64,000 nucleotides of DNA from Candidatus Bathyarchaeia archaeon. Its GTDB lineage: Archaea; Thermoproteota; Bathyarchaeia; Bathyarchaeales; Bathycorpusculaceae. Positions 50,567-61,009 of the stretch are shown one piece after another. The number at the start of each line of letters is the position of its first letter. Position 1 is the first letter of the stretch. Made by a program: the position numbers and the translations under genes. The notes below the pieces were generated by a model, which saw only the letters and a list, made by a program, of their open reading frames with translations, was not told where the DNA came from and made no database searches. Location of the stretch: contig JBEKXL010000002.1 of assembly GCA_049512075.1 (NCBI GenBank), positions 64,001 through 128,000 of the forward strand. The letters are read 5' to 3'.

Positions 50567-51226
50567 TTACATCATAAACGAGAGAATTCGCGCTGCGTCG
50601 GAAGCGTCTTCTGCTTTGTCCGCTGAGTCCTCCAGCAACTGCAAAACATCTCTCAGCAGGATCAATGCGGGGAAGTCCACTTTGCTGCCGAGGAGTTTTA
50701 TCTCGAGGTCCCGGTAGAGCGCGTCAACGTTTTGTTCGGCAATCTCTACGTCTCTGGCCTTTTCCATGGTCTTGGTTGAGCCGTAGTTGAGTGCCATTGC
50801 CATCTCTCTGAGCTTGAGCACCGTTTCGAAAACAGCCTCTGAAAGCTTCAGCAAATCCTTCTTTATGTCCATCGGCACGTTCCAGTTGTGCTGCATGATC
50901 TCGACAAGTCGGAAGGCTATGCCTTCGGAAAAATCTGCGATTTCACTGGTCAAGTTCGTGAACCTTAGGAAATCCTCTCTGCTGAGCAGGATTGCTCCTA
51001 TTTCGGCGAGTTCCTGTGAAACCAATCGCCTTGCCTTGTCCACTTCAGCTTCGCCACCTGTGACTTCGTTGAAAAGCTGTGTTGCCCTGTCCTTGTCGTT
51101 CTTCATGAAGTAATCTATCATCTGAGGGACTTTTCTGGTCAGGTCTAAGACCTTCCGTAGGTGGTCTTGGCAAACGTTTAAGGCTCTGCGCTTCACGCGT
51201 TCTTCAGTTTCTGCTGGAAGTACCAA
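50567..51226 (-). CDS. DUF47/PhoU-like phosphate transport regulator
   Basis: Repeated ExxVD helices, LEDSADKAED. Confidence 0.85.
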   Translation of the reverse strand: MVLPAETEERVKRRALNVCQDHLRKVLDLTRKVPQMIDYFMKNDKDRATQLFNEVTGGEAEVDKARRLVSQELAEIGAILLSREDFLRFTNLTSEIADFSEGIAFRLVEIMQHNWNVPMDIKKDLLKLSEAVFETVLKLREMAMALNYGSTKTMEKARDVEIAEQNVDALYRDLEIKLLGSKVDFPALILLRDVLQLLEDSADKAEDASDAARILSFMM

Positions 51227-51311
51227 TGGTTTTTCCCGCCCGCAAAAAGGGCCGTTTTTCCCTGACTTTAGATATGCCTAATTGTTAAAAAAGGTAACGA
51301 AAGCTTCGCGT

Positions 51312-53069
51312 TCAAATCGGAGTGCCCAGCTCTTCAAAGTTGATTTTCCAACGGAAATACTTGCGCAGAAGCTCGGGTAACTCTTCGATTCTGCTTCTGA
51401 CCTGCTTCCAAGTGTCTCGGTCGCGGATCGTCACGGTTTCATCTTTGAGGGTGTCGTAGTCAACTGTGATGCCCAGGGAAACGCCGACCTCGTCTGCACG
51501 CGCGTACCGTCTGCCAATAGACCCCGCATCGTCATACTCAGCCACGAAACCTTCGTTAAGCAACATTCTGTGCAGCTCCAACGCCTTTTCAGGCAGTCCG
51601 TCCTTGTTCATGAGAGGGTATATGCCGACTTGTACGGGAGCAATGTCTCTTGGAAAGCTCAGCAAGGCTCTGTCCTCTTTGAGTTGGTAAGCATATTCAA
51701 AAGCTACGTAGAAGAGTCGGTCGGAGCCGAAGGTCGGTTCGATGACGTAGGGTATGAAGCGTCTTCCGCGTTCAAGGGTTTTCTCACGCTTGATGTCTAC
51801 GTGCTCCGGCAGAACTCTGTACTCGTCGAGCACAAAGTAACCGTCCTTTTTCAAGGCCTTTTCTAACTCTTCTGGGTCTGTTTTGGAAAGCATTTCAGCG
51901 ACTTTTCCAGCTTCTTTCTTGAAGGCAGGTCCCAGCTTGGCCATGACAGGCTTAATGACGATTTGTTCTCTCTCAATGGGCTTTTCATATTCTTTGAAGA
52001 CGTGCATGTCCTGACCGCTGAATTCCGCGTGTCGTTTCAAGTCGTAGTCTGTTCGGCAGGCGCAAGCGTTCACTTCAAGCCAGCCCCATCGTTCAACGAG
52101 GACCTCTTGGTCGAAGGTTTCTGATGAGTAGTGAGCTCTCTCCCACGGATGCTTTTCGATGAAACGCTGTTTTTCAGCCGGGACACCCAAATCGACGAGC
52201 AACTTCTTTTCCAGCGCCATGAAAACCGCTTGCCACTCAGCCTTGACGTACTTCTTTTCCAGCGCTTCCTTCACGGTTACCTCGGTGATTTGCTCCGAGC
52301 CTTCCAATCTGTCCTTTGCCAGAAGCAGCCGCAATGTTTCATTTTCCACGTTTTTCAGCAGGTAACAGTCCGGCTCTTCAGGATCATAGAAGAATTCCAG
52401 GTCGGCGATGGTGAATTCCCTTAACCGCACCAAGCCCTGTCGCGGTGAAATCTCATTCCTCAAGGCTCGGCCTATCTGCATCGCGCCAAAGGGAAGCTTC
52501 TCACGCGCCATTTCATAGAGCCGCTTGAACTCTACAAATATGCCTTGCGCGGCTTCGGGCCTTCCATAGCCCACCGCGTCCGAATAAGGACCTATGCTTG
52601 TTTTGAACATTGTCAGAAACAATCTGGGCTCGTTGAAGATTCCGTCACACTCTGGACAGCGAATCTTCAGCTTCTCAATCGTCTCCTTCAGTTCAGCCAA
52701 GCTCATTTTTTCTGCTTCTGACTCGCTTATCTTTGCAACGTCACGAAGCAGGTGATCAGCGCGAAACCACTTTTTGCATGTCGAACACTCAACCATGGGT
52801 TCCTTGAAATGCTCAATATGGCCTGAAGCCTCGAAAACCTTTTCAGGAGTGATTACGGGGGACTCTATCTCCATGATTCCAAGCTTGTAAACAAAGAGCT
52901 CCCTGAGTTTTCTCTCGATGTTCTGCTTCACTCTAGCGCCTAAATAGCCATAGGTTGCGAAGCCACTTGCGCCGCCGTAGATTTCGTAGGATTGCCAAAA
53001 AAAGCCTCTTCGACGTGCCAATTCATTTATGGCCGTGAACTTGTCAAATGTCTTCGTTTCATCCGCCAT
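51312..53069 (-). CDS. glyS: Glycyl-tRNA synthetase (alpha2 type)
   Basis: RRRGFF, RPEAAQG, RNEISPRQGL, SIGRRYARADE. Confidence 0.96.
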   Translation of the reverse strand: MADETKTFDKFTAINELARRRGFFWQSYEIYGGASGFATYGYLGARVKQNIERKLRELFVYKLGIMEIESPVITPEKVFEASGHIEHFKEPMVECSTCKKWFRADHLLRDVAKISESEAEKMSLAELKETIEKLKIRCPECDGIFNEPRLFLTMFKTSIGPYSDAVGYGRPEAAQGIFVEFKRLYEMAREKLPFGAMQIGRALRNEISPRQGLVRLREFTIADLEFFYDPEEPDCYLLKNVENETLRLLLAKDRLEGSEQITEVTVKEALEKKYVKAEWQAVFMALEKKLLVDLGVPAEKQRFIEKHPWERAHYSSETFDQEVLVERWGWLEVNACACRTDYDLKRHAEFSGQDMHVFKEYEKPIEREQIVIKPVMAKLGPAFKKEAGKVAEMLSKTDPEELEKALKKDGYFVLDEYRVLPEHVDIKREKTLERGRRFIPYVIEPTFGSDRLFYVAFEYAYQLKEDRALLSFPRDIAPVQVGIYPLMNKDGLPEKALELHRMLLNEGFVAEYDDAGSIGRRYARADEVGVSLGITVDYDTLKDETVTIRDRDTWKQVRSRIEELPELLRKYFRWKINFEELGTPI

Positions 53070-53201
53070 TTCTGTTCAGTCTCTTCTAGACTAAACATTT
53101 CGGAGACTTTAAGCTTACTAGAACGATACACAAGCTTCCACTCTTCAGTTCTTAATAGCCTCTAATCTGCATGGGCGACAGCGTAGCATTTTTTAAGTCA
53201 C

Positions 53202-54296
53202 GTGCTAATTAAGAACTGCAAAACAAGGTGTCACAACTTGCAGAAAATCAAGGTTGCACTGGTCGGTGTTGGAAACTGTGCATCAGCCCTCGTTCAGGGC
53301 TTGCAGTACTATGGTACTCTCGCCAAGGAAGAACGTGTCGGCCTGCGGAATCCCGTGCTCGGAGGTTTTCATCCGAAGGACATCGAAGTCGTCGCGGCGT
53401 TCGACATAGGCGGCCGAAAAGTGGGCAAAGACTTGTCTGAAGCCATCTTTGCGGAGCCCAACAATGTCTCAAAACTGGCTGACGTGCCACCGTCTAGCGT
53501 CGTCGTGCGTAAAGGTCCTGTTCTTGACGGGTTGGGCGAGTACACCAAGCATGTTGTCCAGATAAGCCCTCATCCCGAAGCAAACGTTGCAGCGGTTTTG
53601 AAGGAGAGCAACGCTGATATTGTACTTAACCTGCTTCCGAGCGGAGCGGTGAAAGCTTCTCAATGGTATGCTGAGCAAGCCTTGATTTCAGGGTGTGCCT
53701 TCGTGAACGCGCCCCCCAGTTTCATCGCCAGCGACGCTGTGTGGGCTCAGAAATTCGAGGCGGCTGGGTTGCCGGTTGTGGGAGACGACTTGATTGATCA
53801 GGTTGGCGCGACCACCTTGCACAAGACATTGTTGCGGCTTTTGTCGATGAACGGTGTTCACGTTACTGAAACTTATCAGCTTGACGTAGGTGGAGGCACA
53901 GAGTCATTAGATACGTTAGATCGGACCAGAGACGTTAAACGTGCTGTCAAGACTCAATCTGTTGAAGCAGCGTTGCCTTACGCGGCAGCTGTTGTTGCTG
54001 GTTCCACGGATTACGTGGACTTCCTGAAGAACAGGCGTGACAGTTACTTCTGGATCAGGGGGGTGCACTTCTGCAACGTGTCGGTTCAGATAGATCTGAA
54101 GCTTTCAACCGTTGACGCGCCGAACGCGGGTTCTGTTCTGCTTGACGTGTTGCGGGCGGTAAAAATGGCTCTGGAAAGAAAGATGAAAGGTGCCCTAATG
54201 CCCGTCTGCGCCTATGGCTTCAAGCATCCGCCTCAGTTAGTGACGCTTGACATGGCTGAAAAAATGTTCGCCCAATTTGTCGCCGAGGAAGAGTGA
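53202..54296 (+). CDS. ino1: Myo-inositol-1-phosphate synthase
   Basis: GVGNCASALVQG, VVGDD, YQLDVGG; true start may be slightly downstream. Confidence 0.88.
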   Translation: MLIKNCKTRCHNLQKIKVALVGVGNCASALVQGLQYYGTLAKEERVGLRNPVLGGFHPKDIEVVAAFDIGGRKVGKDLSEAIFAEPNNVSKLADVPPSSVVVRKGPVLDGLGEYTKHVVQISPHPEANVAAVLKESNADIVLNLLPSGAVKASQWYAEQALISGCAFVNAPPSFIASDAVWAQKFEAAGLPVVGDDLIDQVGATTLHKTLLRLLSMNGVHVTETYQLDVGGGTESLDTLDRTRDVKRAVKTQSVEAALPYAAAVVAGSTDYVDFLKNRRDSYFWIRGVHFCNVSVQIDLKLSTVDAPNAGSVLLDVLRAVKMALERKMKGALMPVCAYGFKHPPQLVTLDMAEKMFAQFVAEEE

Positions 54297-54306
54297 ACAG
54301 GTCCCT

Positions 54307-55419
54307 CTACTTCAGGGCAAGCCTTTGCAGTTCGCGCAAGACTTTTTCTTTCACGCCAGTCTGCTCTAGCTTTTGCTTCAACAGCGTTATCGTCTTCACC
54401 GGCGTCGGGTCTATGCCGCGCAGGACGGCCAAGTACACGCTTGTGAAATCTCCAGTGCAAATGACGGAAGCCATCTTTGCCAGGCGGCTCTCTCCGCGGC
54501 TGTGAACGTCGAAGAGCTTCTCTATCTGTCGGCTCATCAATTCTTTTGTAACCTCGATTCTCCGGCGTATTTCAGGCGGTTCTTCAGCGTCGCGGATGAA
54601 GATTACGGAGAAGTGCTCTGCGAATTTTTCCGCTTCTTCCCAGCCTACGATCTCGTTGTGGTCAAGTTCGGGAAAGAATTCCCATTTTGCCGGGTTCTTG
54701 CTGTTCTCGTTAAACTGCGTCTTAAGCCGCTGGGCAACTGTTCGATGAAACCCGAAGCCGTATATCGCCGGAACGGTTCCATTGATGTTCACTGCCAGCT
54801 TCTTTGAGAAGTTGCGGTCTGATGGCCTCTCAGGAGAGTTGTCCGCGCTGACTTGCTCCAGTACTCTGATTGTTTCCAGAATCTCATCATTAGCGCCGGA
54901 AATCAAACCGATTTTTTCAAGTGTAGTAATCAAGGGCAAGAAAAGGTATGGGAGAGTTGCGCGTGGCGCCATTCCTGAGGGGACGAGTATATGAGGAAAA
55001 CCCAGTTTTTCAGAGAACTCGTGCAGTTTTCCACCCGAACTCACGCAGACAATCATGCATTTTCTTTTGATGGCGTCACGGAAGACGCTGAGGGTTTCCT
55101 CAGTTTCCCCCGAGTAACTGACTACGAGCACGAGTGTGTGCTTGTTTGCATACGCAGGTAGCGAGTATTCTTTGCACACTTCGACGGGAACGGTGATTCT
55201 GTCTCTTGTCCAGTCTTTTAGCAGTTCGCCGCCTATGCCAGAGCCGCCCATGCCTGCAACGACTATCGTGTCAGGTTTGGGGTAATCGATCAAGAGGGTT
55301 TTGGCGAGTTTTGCGGCTTGTGCATAATGTTCAGGAACTTCAACACAGAAGGAAAGCATGTCGCTCTTGTCGATTCTTCTGATCCCGTCGGGATCATCAA
55401 CAATTTCCAGTCTTGTCAT
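54307..55419 (-). CDS. Bifunctional phosphoglucose/phosphomannose isomerase
   Basis: GMGGSGIGG, SYSGETEET, NENSK, PELDHNEI. Confidence 0.93.
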   Translation of the reverse strand: MTRLEIVDDPDGIRRIDKSDMLSFCVEVPEHYAQAAKLAKTLLIDYPKPDTIVVAGMGGSGIGGELLKDWTRDRITVPVEVCKEYSLPAYANKHTLVLVVSYSGETEETLSVFRDAIKRKCMIVCVSSGGKLHEFSEKLGFPHILVPSGMAPRATLPYLFLPLITTLEKIGLISGANDEILETIRVLEQVSADNSPERPSDRNFSKKLAVNINGTVPAIYGFGFHRTVAQRLKTQFNENSKNPAKWEFFPELDHNEIVGWEEAEKFAEHFSVIFIRDAEEPPEIRRRIEVTKELMSRQIEKLFDVHSRGESRLAKMASVICTGDFTSVYLAVLRGIDPTPVKTITLLKQKLEQTGVKEKVLRELQRLALK

Positions 55420-55521
55420 CTCCTTGTTCTCCTTCCCCTGTTCTGAAAATAATGTGATGCTTCGAGTTTTTAAACAAATTGCTCAATAATAGTCTTCACC
55501 AAGAGCAGGAAGGAAACCGCG

Positions 55522-56382
55522 TTGGCGAAGAAGAGACTTTGCATAGCAATACCTATCTCCGTCGTGTCTGATACGCCGCACTTACGTGAAAAGACTTCCA
55601 AAATAGGCTTAATAGGCAGAGCAGCTGCTATTTTCAGAGTTGACGAAATCGTAGTCTTCCCAGACGCTCCTAGCGGCAGTCAGAAGACTGAGGCAGATTT
55701 GGTTTCGACGTTGTTGAGCTATCTGGAGACCCCGCAATATCTGCGGAAGAGACTGTTCAAGCTGAACCCGCATCTGCAGTACGCAGGCATACTCCCGCCT
55801 CTGCGGACACCGCACCATCCTCTGAACCGTCGAGTGAAGGAATTGAGAGTCGGCGAATTTCGTGAGGCCGTCACATTATCCAGGACAGAGAAGCAGACTT
55901 TCGTGGATATCGGTGTCGAACAGCCGGCGTTAATCCGAGGCAAAGATTTGGCCGTCGGCAAGCGGGTCACTGTCAGGGTCGTCAAAGTTGGGAAGGTTGT
56001 CGAGGTCGAGCTGGCGAATCGAGATGAAGCACCCTCGTACTGGGGTTACACTGTCACGGTGGAAAATCGTCCGTTCGGCAGTTTCGTGGAAAAGAGGGGT
56101 TTCGATCTGACCGTTGCCACTTCCAGGTACGGCTCACCTTTTGCCGATGTGACTGGAGAAATCGTTGAAAGATGGAAAGCCGCAAACACGGTTCTGGTGG
56201 CTTTTGGTGCCCCCGGCCAGGGTTTGGGCGACATAGTTAAGCGTGAGGGTCGCCGGTTGAGTGAGCTTGTGGACTTTGTCGTGAACACGGTTCCCATGCA
56301 GGGAACGGAGACTGTTAGGACCGAAGAGGCGCTCGTCGCTTCTTTAGCCATCTTTAACCTCATTCTCGAGTTGAAGAGATAA
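55522..56382 (+). CDS. SPOUT RNA methyltransferase (DUF171 family)
   Basis: ETPQYLRK, LPPLRTPHH, QGTETVRTEEA. Confidence 0.92.
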   Translation: MAKKRLCIAIPISVVSDTPHLREKTSKIGLIGRAAAIFRVDEIVVFPDAPSGSQKTEADLVSTLLSYLETPQYLRKRLFKLNPHLQYAGILPPLRTPHHPLNRRVKELRVGEFREAVTLSRTEKQTFVDIGVEQPALIRGKDLAVGKRVTVRVVKVGKVVEVELANRDEAPSYWGYTVTVENRPFGSFVEKRGFDLTVATSRYGSPFADVTGEIVERWKAANTVLVAFGAPGQGLGDIVKREGRRLSELVDFVVNTVPMQGTETVRTEEALVASLAIFNLILELKR

Positions 56383-56617
56383 AGCCACGTTTCGGTATAT
56401 CGCTACCATAGGCGAGATGCAGCAACGATATAATTCTCAAGTTCAATTCTTGAAGAAGGGTCATAAAGGATGTTAAGAATGTCATTTTCCCGTAAAATGC
56501 ATTGAAGGTGCAAAGCTGTTTTCTTTGCATAAAGAGATAAATGTGCGTTGTACGTATGTGCCCGTATGCGTTTCGCATCTGATAGCGACTTTGACGGAGT
56601 AAGCCTTCGTATGATGG

Positions 56618-58030
56618 ATGAGGGCTAATCAAATGGTGAAGGATAAGAAGTTCGCATTTCTTGCAATAATCCTGCTGTGTGCTGCTGTGTTCTTAGCGGT
56701 GTCAGCTGTCAGGCCAGCTTTTGCAGCAAGTGATAGCGACGCCGGAACAAATCGGATACAATTGGTCGTTAGGCCCTTGGTTGTATTGAACTACTCGGCA
56801 GTTCCAGGCCAGGGGTTTGGTGTCAGCATTAATGTCACCGCATTAGGAACGCTTGACCTTCACGGGTTCACGATGAGATTGGGCTACGATCCAACTCTGA
56901 TTAACTGCACATATGTTGGAGAGGGTGATGTCTTCAAAGGCTTCAGTATCACTAATGCCTCGCTCATAGACAACGCTTTAGGCAATGTATATGTTTCTAT
57001 GAATCTCACGTCTCAAAGTGCGACGGTCAACAACAATGGGACTCTGTTCACTCTTACGTTTCAGGTGAAGGGCACGGGCGAGACGAGCCTTCACATCTAC
57101 GATGCTGTTCTGTATGGTCCTGGGAGTACGTATATTCAGTTTACGGCGTATGACGGGTATTTTAACAACAAATTCAAATTTGACCTAACGATGCCTCTGA
57201 CTCTTCTGGCAGTCACGTTCGCCTCTATGTTTCTAAATCCTAAGATCGAGAACAAACTCAAAGGAGTGTTTGAAGAGACTGAGTTTCGGGTCCGGGACGC
57301 TGTTTTGCTTGTTGGCGTGATGGTCGTCATGATCACCCTGATAGTTATCGTTCGACAGCTTAGTACCGTTTTGACGGTGCTGTTTCTGTTTGCCTACTCT
57401 CTGCTGCTCTACACGTTTAGTTATCTACTGTCCAACAAGCGTTGGTACATAGGAATCATAGCGCCGGCGGTTTTCATTCTGTTATACGTGTTCCTAAGAG
57501 ACAGTTTTATCTGGACCTATTACCTGTCTAACGTTTACGGTCTTGTTTTCGCCATCTTGATCACTCTTTACCTAGCAGGTCTGTTTAACTGGAAAACCAC
57601 GGCGGTTTTCGGCGTCCTGATAACAGCCATGGACATAGTTCTGGTCTTGGTGACGAAAACGATGGTGCAGGCTGCCAGTGCAGTGGCGAGCCTGAGTCTT
57701 CCAGTGCTGGTTTCTCTCCCCCTCGTTCCGTTGATTACGACCGGAACAGGCTTATTGATACTGAGCCTAGGCCTGGGAGACTTTTTCTTTGCGGGCTTGC
57801 TTGCCATTCAAACATACAAGAAATACGGGAAACGCTTGGCCATCGCCTCGGTCGTGGGAATGACCATATCGTTCTCCATTTTCGAAGCGTCAATTCTGAC
57901 CTACAATATAGGAGCGTTTCCAGGCACCCTTATGATTATCTGCGGATGGGTACCTTTCGTGCTGGTCCAAACTTTGAGAAACTGGAGAAAGACTAAGGGC
58001 GCGAACCTAAAACAGGTGGTTCCCAGTTAG
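56618..58030 (+). CDS. Cohesin-domain + presenilin/SPP-like GxGD intramembrane protease fusion
   Basis: Signal peptide; cohesin motifs (LGYDPTLI, GTLFTLTFQV, DGYF); ~9 TMs with MD, LGLGDF and FPG. Confidence 0.75.
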   Translation: MRANQMVKDKKFAFLAIILLCAAVFLAVSAVRPAFAASDSDAGTNRIQLVVRPLVVLNYSAVPGQGFGVSINVTALGTLDLHGFTMRLGYDPTLINCTYVGEGDVFKGFSITNASLIDNALGNVYVSMNLTSQSATVNNNGTLFTLTFQVKGTGETSLHIYDAVLYGPGSTYIQFTAYDGYFNNKFKFDLTMPLTLLAVTFASMFLNPKIENKLKGVFEETEFRVRDAVLLVGVMVVMITLIVIVRQLSTVLTVLFLFAYSLLLYTFSYLLSNKRWYIGIIAPAVFILLYVFLRDSFIWTYYLSNVYGLVFAILITLYLAGLFNWKTTAVFGVLITAMDIVLVLVTKTMVQAASAVASLSLPVLVSLPLVPLITTGTGLLILSLGLGDFFFAGLLAIQTYKKYGKRLAIASVVGMTISFSIFEASILTYNIGAFPGTLMIICGWVPFVLVQTLRNWRKTKGANLKQVVPS

Positions 58031-58972
58031 AAATGGCTTTTCACCGACCGTGCTCAATAGCACGTTCTTGAACCCCATCTCACGGAATTGTTCAGCTATT
58101 CTCCCAGCATTCTTCTTGTAGGTGTTGATGAAGACTGATGGGCCAGTGTCCATCGAGTACCACGCCGGGGTTCCTTCTTCTCTCATTCGGATAACCTCTT
58201 TTATTACGCGAACCGTGTCTGGCTCCCACAGCATCATGTGAGACTTGCCAGTCATAGTGATTGCATGAAGATTCAGCGTGTCTTCCTCAGCAAGCTTGCC
58301 TATCGTTACCGTGTCTCCTTTCCAGACGGCTTTTTTCATTCTCTCAAGCAGACTCTTGATGTTTTTCAATCTTGCCTTGAACAGACATGAGCTGAGCACC
58401 TCTGCGTGTGCCTCGTCAGTCTTCACGTCCGAGCGAACGGGTACGATTACCATCGAAAAATCTATGCTTCTTGAAGTTTCTAACTGTTCAGCGTATGACC
58501 TGCCGTTTCTGTTGACGTACCATATTGCGAAGCCTCCGGCCAAGCTCCTTGTGGCAGAACCTGCCCCGAGCCTGACGATTTCTGAGAGTGAAACGGCGTC
58601 AATGTCGAGATCGAGTGCTTCTACTGTGGCGAGGCCTAGAGCCGCGAAACCGGAGGCTGAAAACCCCAGGCCCTTACCTGTTTTAAGGCTGTTCTGAGAG
58701 ACGACTTTGAATCTGCCAGAATACTCCGCGAGTTCTTTGAGTTTATCAAGTACGGTTTCAACTCGCCTCCTTTCAGTGGCGTCTGGCTGTCTTCCGTTGA
58801 TTGTTATTTCGCTTTTCTTTGATTCTTGCAGAGTCTCAACGGTCGTCATGGTGGACAAGGCTTGCATACAGACGGATATGCTGTCATGGTAGGGGATCCT
58901 CTGCTTAGGATTCTTCAATCCGTGATACTTTATCAGTCCCTGTATTGGGTGAGCTGCAACAGTAGCTTTCAA
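58007..58972 (-). CDS. mvaD: (Di)phosphomevalonate decarboxylase
   Basis: AHPIQGLIKYHG...PYHDSIS, GLGFSASG, MDTGPSV. Confidence 0.9.
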   Translation of the reverse strand: MKATVAAHPIQGLIKYHGLKNPKQRIPYHDSISVCMQALSTMTTVETLQESKKSEITINGRQPDATERRRVETVLDKLKELAEYSGRFKVVSQNSLKTGKGLGFSASGFAALGLATVEALDLDIDAVSLSEIVRLGAGSATRSLAGGFAIWYVNRNGRSYAEQLETSRSIDFSMVIVPVRSDVKTDEAHAEVLSSCLFKARLKNIKSLLERMKKAVWKGDTVTIGKLAEEDTLNLHAITMTGKSHMMLWEPDTVRVIKEVIRMREEGTPAWYSMDTGPSVFINTYKKNAGRIAEQFREMGFKNVLLSTVGEKPFLTGNHLF

Positions 58973-59057
58973 CGCTGATCGCCCGAGAAAATGCTGGAAT
59001 ATGAGCTAGTAAACTCTTGTTATTAGTGTGACTTAGAAAATGGAATAAAGGGAGGTT

Positions 59058-59372
59058 TTAACCGAATAATGCGCCTAGACCTTCAAGTGCTGCTTCTTCT
59101 TTCTGTTTCTCGTCTTCCTTCTTTTCCTTCTTTTCTTCCTTGGGTTTGGCTTCTGCTGCTGGCGCTGCTGGAGCTGCTGCTGGTGCGGCCATCATCGTTG
59201 AGGCTGACTTGATTGCCTCGTCAATCTTGACTTCAGCCAGAGAAGCTACGAGTGCTTTGACGCGCACTGTGTCGGCGTTCATGCCTGCCGCCGTCAGGAC
59301 CTGTGTCAAGTTTGCTTCGTTTATCTCTTTTCCTGCCTTGTGAAGGAGCATTGCAGCGTAAATGTATTCCAT
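59058..59372 (-). CDS. rpl12: Ribosomal stalk protein L12/P1
   Basis: [11 protein letters not shown]...GLGALFG. Confidence 0.97.
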   Translation of the reverse strand: MEYIYAAMLLHKAGKEINEANLTQVLTAAGMNADTVRVKALVASLAEVKIDEAIKSASTMMAAPAAAPAAPAAEAKPKEEKKEKKEDEKQKEEAALEGLGALFG

Positions 59373-59399
59373 ACTTTTTCACCTCTCAACTCAACTATT

Positions 59400-60284
59400 T
59401 TAACTTTTTTCAGTTGGCGCAACCTTTTGCTCTAAGGTGGACAATCTACTACTTAAACTTAACATTTCAGCATGGGCCTTTCGAACCAAGTCCTCTATCG
59501 TCTCCTTAGTGGGTATCGCCGCGTTTATTGAAAGCGCGTATGCTTGTCTGTGGGCTATCTGCAATAGTATAGCCATGTTTTCTTCTGTCGGATAGGCAGC
59601 GCTCAGAGAAAGTGCAAGAGAATCGGCGTAGGCTCTTTCAATGTCATGTTTTATTTCATCCAGGTCTAGTCTAAGCTGCTCTTGAGTTATAATTAGGCCC
59701 TCTTCGAAAACGTAGGTCATCGCCAGGCCGGACTCAACGGGTTTGATTCCGAGTTTTGACAACATGCTGGCAAGCCTTTCATTGATTGCTTCACCTTTCT
59801 TGACGACCAACGTGTCCTTGTTTATCCAGACGCTTCCAGATTCAATTCTAGTTGGCAAGCCAACAGCGTTCAGTTGACTGATTATCGGTCCAGGAGGTTG
59901 GCCGGTGTTTCCCGCTGGGACTACTACGTCGAAGGCTGCTACGTCCCCTGATTTGGCCGTTGTCTTGACCTTTCCCCTTTCCAGAATCAGGGCCAGTTTG
60001 AACGGATCCTCATCTGTGAATATGTAAACATTCGACCCCTGAAGGTGTTCTTCAAGTCTCTTCAGGTCTGGCTTCTCCTTGCAGTTTTCTATCGCCAGTT
60101 TCATCAGAGTGTTCTTCATGACTCTCATGTACACCTTTTCCGCCAAGTTCTTCTTGAATTCCTGCATTTGCGCAGCCCTGACCTTCTGCAGGCTGGCGAT
60201 GCCGACGACCTTGTATTTCTTTATAAGGTCTGTTATTTCTTCGACATCTTTGATTTTTTGTTGAAGAACTTGTTCGGATGGCAT
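59400..60284 (-). CDS. rpl10: 50S ribosomal protein L10/P0
   Basis: KNTL, AGNTGQPPG, KLGIKP. Confidence 0.96.
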   Translation of the reverse strand: MPSEQVLQQKIKDVEEITDLIKKYKVVGIASLQKVRAAQMQEFKKNLAEKVYMRVMKNTLMKLAIENCKEKPDLKRLEEHLQGSNVYIFTDEDPFKLALILERGKVKTTAKSGDVAAFDVVVPAGNTGQPPGPIISQLNAVGLPTRIESGSVWINKDTLVVKKGEAINERLASMLSKLGIKPVESGLAMTYVFEEGLIITQEQLRLDLDEIKHDIERAYADSLALSLSAAYPTEENMAILLQIAHRQAYALSINAAIPTKETIEDLVRKAHAEMLSLSSRLSTLEQKVAPTEKS

Positions 60285-60299
60285 TCAGTTCCACTCTTT

Positions 60300-60950
60300 C
60301 TAAGGTTTAATCTTCACGGGCGCGCCCATGGCTGTTTTGATGTAGGCAAACTTGATATTTTTCATTCCTCTCTTGAGCTTTCCTTCCAAAACCCTCAGTA
60401 CCGCCATGATGTTGTCGGTTATTTCTTCGTCTTTCATGTTCTCCATTCCGATGCGAGACTGCAGAGTAGGCTGGTTGCGCATTCTTATCGTAACGGTTTT
60501 TCTGTGCTTCGCTATCAGGCTCGCTATGTCTGCTGACGGTGGCACTGGTACAGGCATTTTTCCTCTTGGACCTAGGACAGAGCCTAAGGTTTTTCCGATT
60601 AGGGGCATCAATGGGGCTTCGGCTATGAAGAAATCGTATTGATTGGCTATCTTGCGCATTTCCTGTTTCTTGCCAGCTAGGCCTTCAAGCTCAGATCTTT
60701 CAAGAACATGATCCGCGTTTGCCTTTTTCGCTTTCATTGCGAGTTCTCCTTGGGCGATGACGCATATCTTGTTTGGTTTCTCAAGAGCGTGTGGTAGCTC
60801 GACGACTTCTTGGATTTTGGCCTCAGGCGATTTCATGTCGATGTCTTGCAGTTTCAGGATCAGCTCTACGGATTGGTTGAACTTTCTCTTTTCAGATTTC
60901 TCCCTTGCTTCTTTCACTGCGTTTAGTATGGTCTTTTGGTCTAAGGGCAT
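60300..60950 (-). CDS. rpl1: 50S ribosomal protein L1
   Basis: RKFNQSVEL, LGPRGKMP. Confidence 0.97.
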   Translation of the reverse strand: MPLDQKTILNAVKEAREKSEKRKFNQSVELILKLQDIDMKSPEAKIQEVVELPHALEKPNKICVIAQGELAMKAKKANADHVLERSELEGLAGKKQEMRKIANQYDFFIAEAPLMPLIGKTLGSVLGPRGKMPVPVPPSADIASLIAKHRKTVTIRMRNQPTLQSRIGMENMKDEEITDNIMAVLRVLEGKLKRGMKNIKFAYIKTAMGAPVKIKP

Positions 60951-61009
60951 TTTTGGGTCCTCGTGCCAGTGAGGGAATGGAACGGGGTTATAAAAGTATT
61001 CGCTTGATT

